From Phoronis australis (lineage: Eukaryota; Animalia; Phoronida): 64,000 nucleotides of DNA. Positions 57,087-64,000 of the stretch are shown here, piece by piece; positions within the stretch are counted from its first letter, which is position 1; the number at the start of each line of letters is the position of its first letter. The notes beneath the pieces are model-generated. The model saw only the letters and a program-made list of their open reading frames with translations. It was not told the DNA's origin and made no database searches. A program made the translations under genes and the position numbers. The stretch covers positions 248,001 to 312,000 of the forward strand of contig NMRA01000507.1 in assembly GCA_002633005.1 (NCBI GenBank), given 5' to 3'.

Positions 57087-60000
57087 CTAAAACACATATT
57101 AACAGAATTAATTATTTGTGAATAAGATTTTCTTTTGTCCGTGGAGATTGGTTGGACAGAAACTCGTTTCAAAGTAGTCGCGAACTGATTTTTGAAGTGA
57201 CATTTAAATCCGTAATTTCAAAAAAACACAAGTTTTGATTTAGGTCGCTTATCGCTGTAAAATGGGCCTTACTCTGTTTAGAAGTCATCACTGGGCTTGG
57301 AAGAACTGAAGAATCGTTATTTTAGACCAAATTAAGCTCATAAAATCTCAAGGCACACCGCCGTCTTATTTTTTTAGACTGCCTGTTCTCCCGACCATCG
57401 CCTATATCGATCGCCACGGTTTCATCCTGGCGCTTGCAAATTATTGAGGGAACACGTGCCTAACCTTTAAGGGATGACCTTAAGCTTTTATAATTGCTCA
57501 AAAACATGAGAAAGGCAATTGATTCTATCTTTGGTTCGGACTCAGCCCTCCGTGAGCGGCCCTAATGAAAGAAGAAGGTATGTAAAAAAGAGAGAGGGGA
57601 AACGTGTGACCATTCATCCCATCACTTCCAAGATTGGGGACCTAAATTATGGAAGAAAATTTAATTTCAGAAACAGGAAATGAGCAGCAATTAATGTTAT
57701 CATAAGAGCCTCTCTCCGCAGAGTTCCCAGTTTACGACACGTGATCCGCGCTTTCAAAAAGGAAGCAAGAGCACGACAGCTGGTTCCATTTTTCCAGAGA
57801 GTAGTCCCTGGAGAAATGCGGTTTTGCATTTCCTAAAAATTGTCTTCAGGAATTTTAAAATCTGTACCATCTATATAATACGTGAAAAAAACGTCCTGGC
57901 GAGGGGTCTTACAGTGACAATCCAGGATTGGTCGATAACAAAAATTTAATTTTCTCTCTCATATTTCGCCGTAGCTTTCTTTTCTCGACTGCAGAATCTT
58001 TGACTGCAGTTCAATCATTTCCCGCCATCTGTAAATTTCAACTGGATAGAGCAAAGAAGGGGGAGGATCTGAACACCATATAGAAAATATGCATTCAGTG
58101 AAACTCGCATACACTGCGTAGCACACGTGCCTTTGAAACAATGTGAAGGTTGTCCAGTGAAATGTCCTTCGACGCTACCATTCTCAGTATTTTTATAGTA
58201 ACCGTCGTCGTTCGAATCCATTTTTCTGCACCAAAACTTAATGTCAGTTGCTGCCGCATCATCCCATTTACGTCCCTTGAAGAAAACAAACAGTCGTTAA
58301 ACTTTAGTGAGCTAAAGCATCACAATGAGTTGAAATGCTCCCACGACTGCACTGCACATAGTATGCTTTTGGAAGCGTTAATAAATTTCATAAAAATGAC
58401 AATTAGGAGTCGCAAAATATCCGAAGTAAATTTTTCATCTGTTGTAACAATCACTTAGGAATGCACTTGCCACATTTCACAAATATCTTGCAAAGGTTCG
58501 AGAGATACGACTGAAGATCCAAAAAAGCAAGGAATGCACACAATAGTCCAACTGGTCAATAGTTAAACGTCAACAATTTTCTTATAGATGTTTTCATGTA
58601 CGTTAGGCAGACAGAGAAAAAGATTTTAAAATGACCAAAACGACTGATAGATGGCGTATATTTGTATGATTCATCCGAAAATAGATGCGTGTTCTGTACT
58701 CAATAGAGAACTAAATGCCAAACTTCATAAAATTGTCTCAAGGAATTTGGAAGATACAGATGCAAAAAATGCCACAAGAGGGCGCAGCGGCGGTCAGATC
58801 CTCTAGGAAGTCATCATCACTCGTTGTTTCATTCATAACAAAACACTTACATGTGAAGAAGGAGATTCAGCTGCCGACGCACAGAAAATGCCGCAGTAGT
58901 CAGACAAGTCCGAAAATGTGCCTCAGTCGTATTGTTCTCATAAGGGACACGTTTGCCAATATGCATAATTATGATCCTTGCGTCAGTTTGGCAGGTAGAA
59001 AGGCAGAACCATCAAATAATATTGAAAATGGTCACTTGGTGGTGAAGAATACGACTACACTGTGAGTGTATTTTCATCTATTTAGCAGAAACCCATTTGT
59101 AAAAGGGAGTATATTATGCACTCAACTATGAAAACGCAGTTGTTGTATTGCTCAGTGGGAGTCTTTCCATGCGTTCATGAGTAGATCGCATTTACTAGTT
59201 GCAGAAACGGCCATCCATACACTTATTACTGATTAAACTTGAAGTTCCGAAGGCTTGCTCTGATGACTTAGAGCTGCATTTCGCCATCTTTAGTTGGCTA
59301 TAAACGATCACTGAATTAGCCCTATTTCTCTCTTGAAATCGATCTCGAACCGCACAATGATGGCATTCTGTTTCCGTTACCAACAAGAACATCAGCAACT
59401 CAAGAAAACGCTTCAGAGTTTATTGGGATTGGCCAACAATAAAATTTGAAAATGGCGCATCTACGCTTTGTCTGTGACTGAATTTGGTAATGGAAATGGA
59501 ATGTTATAATGGTAAAGATTATTATGAGACCGACTCAATGAGAGTGTCGCCTAACTTGATTTTCCTAATTCTCCGAAATGTAGCTTTAGCAATAAATGCA
59601 CTAAAATTGTGTACTCTGCCAAGAGTGGAATGTGATCTGCTGCTAGTGATGGTATCGTATGGTGTTCGATTTTCACACCAAAATCTAACCGTAGATTTAA
59701 AAGGATACCAAACCCGGTTTTGGCCTAATAACAGATACTAAATACATCTTTCCCATTCAGTTCTCTAAAACAAAATAATGCTCTGTAACCCTTGACAACT
59801 CTCAAAAGTTTGGAGGAAAATTTGATAACTCCTTTCAAAATCTGGTAAACGGGCAAGCGTGACCTTCACATTTAGCGAATTACACGGCAGCTGTGGGAAA
59901 GACCACCCACCAAGGACCATAATGTCCGTGAGATAGGAAGTGTGAGCGTTTAGTTGACTCCTTCCTTGAACTTAAAAGATTGACGCCAATTATGCATCAG

Positions 60001-60908
60001 AAGGTGACAGGACGAGTACTGGTGGAAATCATTAAAAGAGGAATTAGTACCCTTTTACGATTTGAAGACCCTTATCAAAGCTTTCTGAGTGGTCCATAAA
60101 AATGCTTGAACCAAATTTCTTTCAAGTCTCGGGTGAAATAATCCTTCAATATTACTTCACATTTTTTCAAATTAAATTGATTTTCTTTTGTGCACATTTC
60201 TTTTCTGCATACGTGTCATTGTACTTTGAACATGCTTGCAAAATTAATTTCAGTAACGTCCTATAAAAATCTTAAATGTTGTAACCTTTTCTAAATCACC
60301 TACGTTTCACTGCCTTATGTACCATGGCAATTACCTTACCGAGGTCTTTCAGATAGTTACCTAACCATGACTGCGTCCCATACACCCAAAACGATAGCGA
60401 AGCACCGGATGCGAGAAGTCTCCCGTTATAGAATAGAAAAGTGAATTTTATCCCACAACACTTAACCTCACCGACCAATCATCTCAATGGCCACGCATTT
60501 CCCCCGGGATATGCTATAGTATTGTCTCGAGCAAACATATTGACGCGAGCTGTCAGCTCTGCGATCGTTCACTCGAGACAGACACATGAGCTCCTTGCCC
60601 TCGGTGTGCGGAGGCTCTTAACCACGTCGATCATTTCCGTGTTCTTCATCTTCTGGTGGTAATCAACTCTGATAACGGAATGTTTCACACACGTAGCGCG
60701 CACACTCATCCGACGTTTTCTTACTCATATTGCTCGGTTCAGTTTTGTGTCTGCCAGTAACGCATAATTACATTTGGTCCAATTTCAGCTAGTCAGCGGG
60801 GGTTTTAACCCTTTAAAATTTATCGAGATTGTTACATTTGTTATGTACTATTGTTAGACTGTAACCAACATACCTAAAATTCAGTATAGAATACATTACA
60901 TTACATAC

Positions 60909-61123
60909 CTGGAATAATTCAACTCGTAAGTCGAAACCAGTCAAAAATTCATTCTTTTCGCAAAATTGCCACATAGACCAAGTCCCAAGATGGCCCACCG
61001 AAGATAATACGCGGTAGTCATAATCAGTCCTCTCTTTATCGGGGCGTGCACACATTAGTTGGATGCCATTTAATCCCGTGTCGTCTCCACTACCTTGGTC
61101 AGGCTCCACCTTCGTACGAAAAC
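60909..61123 (-). CDS. VMO1: Vitelline membrane outer layer protein 1-like, internal exon
   Basis: GFRTKVEPDQGSGDDTGLNGIQLMC...GTWSMWQFCEKNEFLTGFDLRVELFQ; tcgtag acceptor, gtatgt donor. Confidence 0.9.
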
Positions 61124-61834
61124 CTACGAAATATTCATGTGCAAATTATTTTTATGTACTCAATAGGTGGAATTAATCTTGAAAGTCGACATGTTGAATC
61201 ATTAGCAAACAAAATTGAATAGACTCGTAAGGATTACGTCTGCTTGATAAACACGCATTCTAGTGGATGGGTAACCCCTTCTCATTGCAGTAATGTAAAA
61301 CAAAGGGGACAGCATTCCCATAAAAAGATTTTAGTGTGCTCTGATCTTAGAAGGAAATCGTATGAAGTAAATATTTGGAAAAAAACCTGATAAAATACAG
61401 TTTATAAATTATATTTCATTTTCCTCCTATTGCTCGTATGTATACGACATTGTTTGTTACGCTACACCGGAAAAGTAATATTCGTACCCATCATCTGCAT
61501 CAAGTGGTCACGTTCATTGGAATAATGAGATACATAACTCAATGGTATAAAGACTCGTTTGCAATCAGGCGCAACATTATTTGGCACTTATATTCCTGGC
61601 AAAAGATGGCCCATTACGATTTTGAGCAGTCGCCTGACGGGTTGATTTTTGGCTATTGTTACGGTAATAATTGACAATAAATTAAATACAAATAATTATC
61701 CCAGAAAGCGAACATTATATCCAGTCTTCTAATTATAAAACAGCGAATTACTTAAGTGAAAATAATATTGAGCAAAAACACCAAAAGTAAAGAAAATAAA
61801 AAGCAAGAACAAAATCATACGGTTATAAAGGGGA

Positions 61835-63150
61835 ACTTATTTTAATATAATAATGTACAAAAACTTACACAAAACAGAACAAAAACCAGATCGTAGCTAT
61901 TAGTACAGTTCCTTATTATGACATATAAAAATAAAATCACTAACATTTCTAAGTAATGGAGCATTACAGTAGTGATTCAAATCGTGACAACCATATAACA
62001 GAAAGCTCGTTTTTATTCCTATTAGTAAAAGTTTGATTTGAAGGCTGCGAAACAGCTGTTCACGCTCATGCGTTATGAATGGGGCATGAGATCAAGTAAT
62101 GAGCATCACTATTAATTGCATCACAGGTACATTTATCAGAAAAAAAAGTTATGTTAGAACTGTCAACTGAGGTGCAACCTCGCTCGCAATTGGTTAGCGA
62201 GAATTTCCTTTTCACGTAGTAAACATAATTTGGTAGTAGGACGAAGTGTGAGATTATTACCTTTAAGAAATGATTTAACACATTTTTTTCAATTCAAATT
62301 GATTGGGCTACATACATTAAGCTCTAGTGGTAAACTATTCCATAAAAGCAAAACCGGCAATAATCGGTGTTTTACTAAAATATGGCAGATATTGACGGGA
62401 ATTGTGTATACAGTAGCAGTTCAGAGATGAATATTGACAGAATATGTATCACGTTTATACCGATTGGTAATAGTTAAATTTGATATATTAATTTCGCGGA
62501 TAACTTTATATGAATACGTTGTCAAGTGCTGTTTCCGTAGCAGGGGGAGATAAGTCCAGTCGAGAGAACCAAAGACTTAAATTGTACGAGACCCATCGAC
62601 TGCCCCTGCCACAGGAAGAACAGCTTAGCCTTGGTATTGAAGTCTATCAAGCTTACAAAATATGGTCAAATCGGTGATTACAAATAATATCTGCATAGCT
62701 ATAATGAGGAAGATTGAAAGAGTTATAAATCAAATCTGAGGGGCAACTGGAAATAAATTTCGAAAAATTTCTGAATGGGTTGAGATGTAAATAGAAGTCT
62801 TTCGTTTGTTNNNNNNNNNNNNNNNNNNNNNNNNNNNNNNNNNNNNNNNNNNNNNNNNNNNNNNNNNNNNNNNNNNNNNNNNNNNNNNNNNNNNNNNNNN
62901 NNNNNNNNNNNNNNNNNNCACACTGTTCAAGTTAGTGAATAAGATACTGAACTCGCCATTGGGTGCCAAGGGACCAGGATTAGATTTGACATCAGCACAG
63001 CACAGAATATCGAATATTCGCAATGTGAAGTAGAGATGACAGTAGAAATTCATTGGGCACAATACATGAACCCCGTAGGTTGCTATGAAAGTAGTCATCC
63101 AATAAGACCTCTTTCGCAACTAGGTTCACCTATGCAGATACTTCAGAACG
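61835..63150 (-). mobile_element. CR1/L2-group LINE spanning an assembly gap
   Basis: DVKSNPGP followed by SILFTNLNSV (endonuclease start) before the gap; LDWTYLPLLRKQH..YKVI and LWNSLP after it. Confidence 0.7.
62811..62918. other. Assembly gap (108 N)
   Basis: Run of N. Confidence 1.
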
Positions 63151-64000
63151 ACTCCAGATTGCGAGTATAATACCAAGGCGTGGGCCGAAACTGTTAAGCA
63201 CCCAGTGTGTTCCATTTGTCTGCTGCGTTTTTCCTATGTCCTAACAGGTGTCGGTTAGTGCCTGGGACAAACTTGCTTTCAACATGTCAAGAGAACTTAA
63301 AGTTCTTGTCGAATTTTAAAGCTGCCAGCAGGTTGCATGAACCTCCTGCGTGGTCATATTGCTGTTTGGAGGGTTGCTAACCGAACGTCACCGAAGATGT
63401 ATATACTCTTCAACATATTTAAAATTTTTCAACACACATTTTCTGCAATCCGTTTGGTCTAAATATAAATTCTATTGATGAAATCGAAATCTTTCGTAAA
63501 ATCAACAAATGGGCAATAAAGATTTCTTTTCGAAAGGCACACCACAGATGTATTGATAGCAAATACGTTATTGGCTGTGCTGTAGCTTTTTGAAACCAGT
63601 TTGTCCTTTTGGCTAGTTGTTCATCTCATTTGCACGTCTTAAAAGTCCGGCGAATTATTGCGCACTCTAGCCACGGCTCGGGGGAAACAGCTCTTTTCAA
63701 AAATTTATTTAGTACGTTACAAAACAGATTATCTCCCTTTCGGTATTTTACCATATCCAGTTTTTGAGCTTATCCATTATTTGGAGAGATAGTTACGTTA
63801 CATTTCCAAGTCAATTGGTATTACATTAATATCGTGAGTACATCTAGTCACACTCCAAAAACTTCTAGAATCTGCAAAAGACTTTTCCAGTTTGTCACAT
63901 TTGTCTTCATTAAATGTTTGTTTAACGTATTCTAATACAAGCTGTCGTAGTCAACATAGTTTTTTTAAAGTATGGTTCCATTTTAGCTTAAGACTGCCAA

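Larger units (their letters stand above)
47353..57315 (+). repeat. Segmental tandem duplication, unit B (expanded by its own insertions)
   Basis: Direct diverged copy of unit A; see the block list there. Confidence 0.9.

Noticed and set aside
58015-58289. Possible VMO1 middle exon
   Set aside because: No VMO-I motif, and the phase-0 reading hits a stop

Overview
AT-rich, repeat-dense invertebrate animal (eukaryotic) genomic DNA; a lophotrochozoan or similar marine invertebrate is my inference. I saw no prokaryotic operons, CRISPR arrays or rRNA. The main host gene, which the ORF track largely misses, is a spliced + strand gene (exons from 9297 to 37122). It encodes three tandem CTHRC1-type C-terminal domains with no collagen helix seen, each domain built from the same three-exon unit (phases 1-0, 0-1, 1-1). 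It is probably preceded by a signal-peptide/PAN-apple exon at 4278-4643. A VMO1-like gene converges on it from the - strand. An old tandem duplication (about 35.6-42.8 kb vs 47.35-57.3 kb, separated by a truncated Gmr1-type Gypsy element) copied the 3' ends of both genes. The spare VMO1 exon decayed (22/125 nt differences and a stop). The spare CTHRC1 exons stayed intact (terminal exon 4/140 nt differences), with substitutions clustered in one loop, which suggests alternative terminal exons. The rest is LINEs (one with a 2A-like motif), Gypsy, Kolobok, Tc1 and MITE remnants, and an intronless USP fragment. All exon calls and alignments were made by eye.
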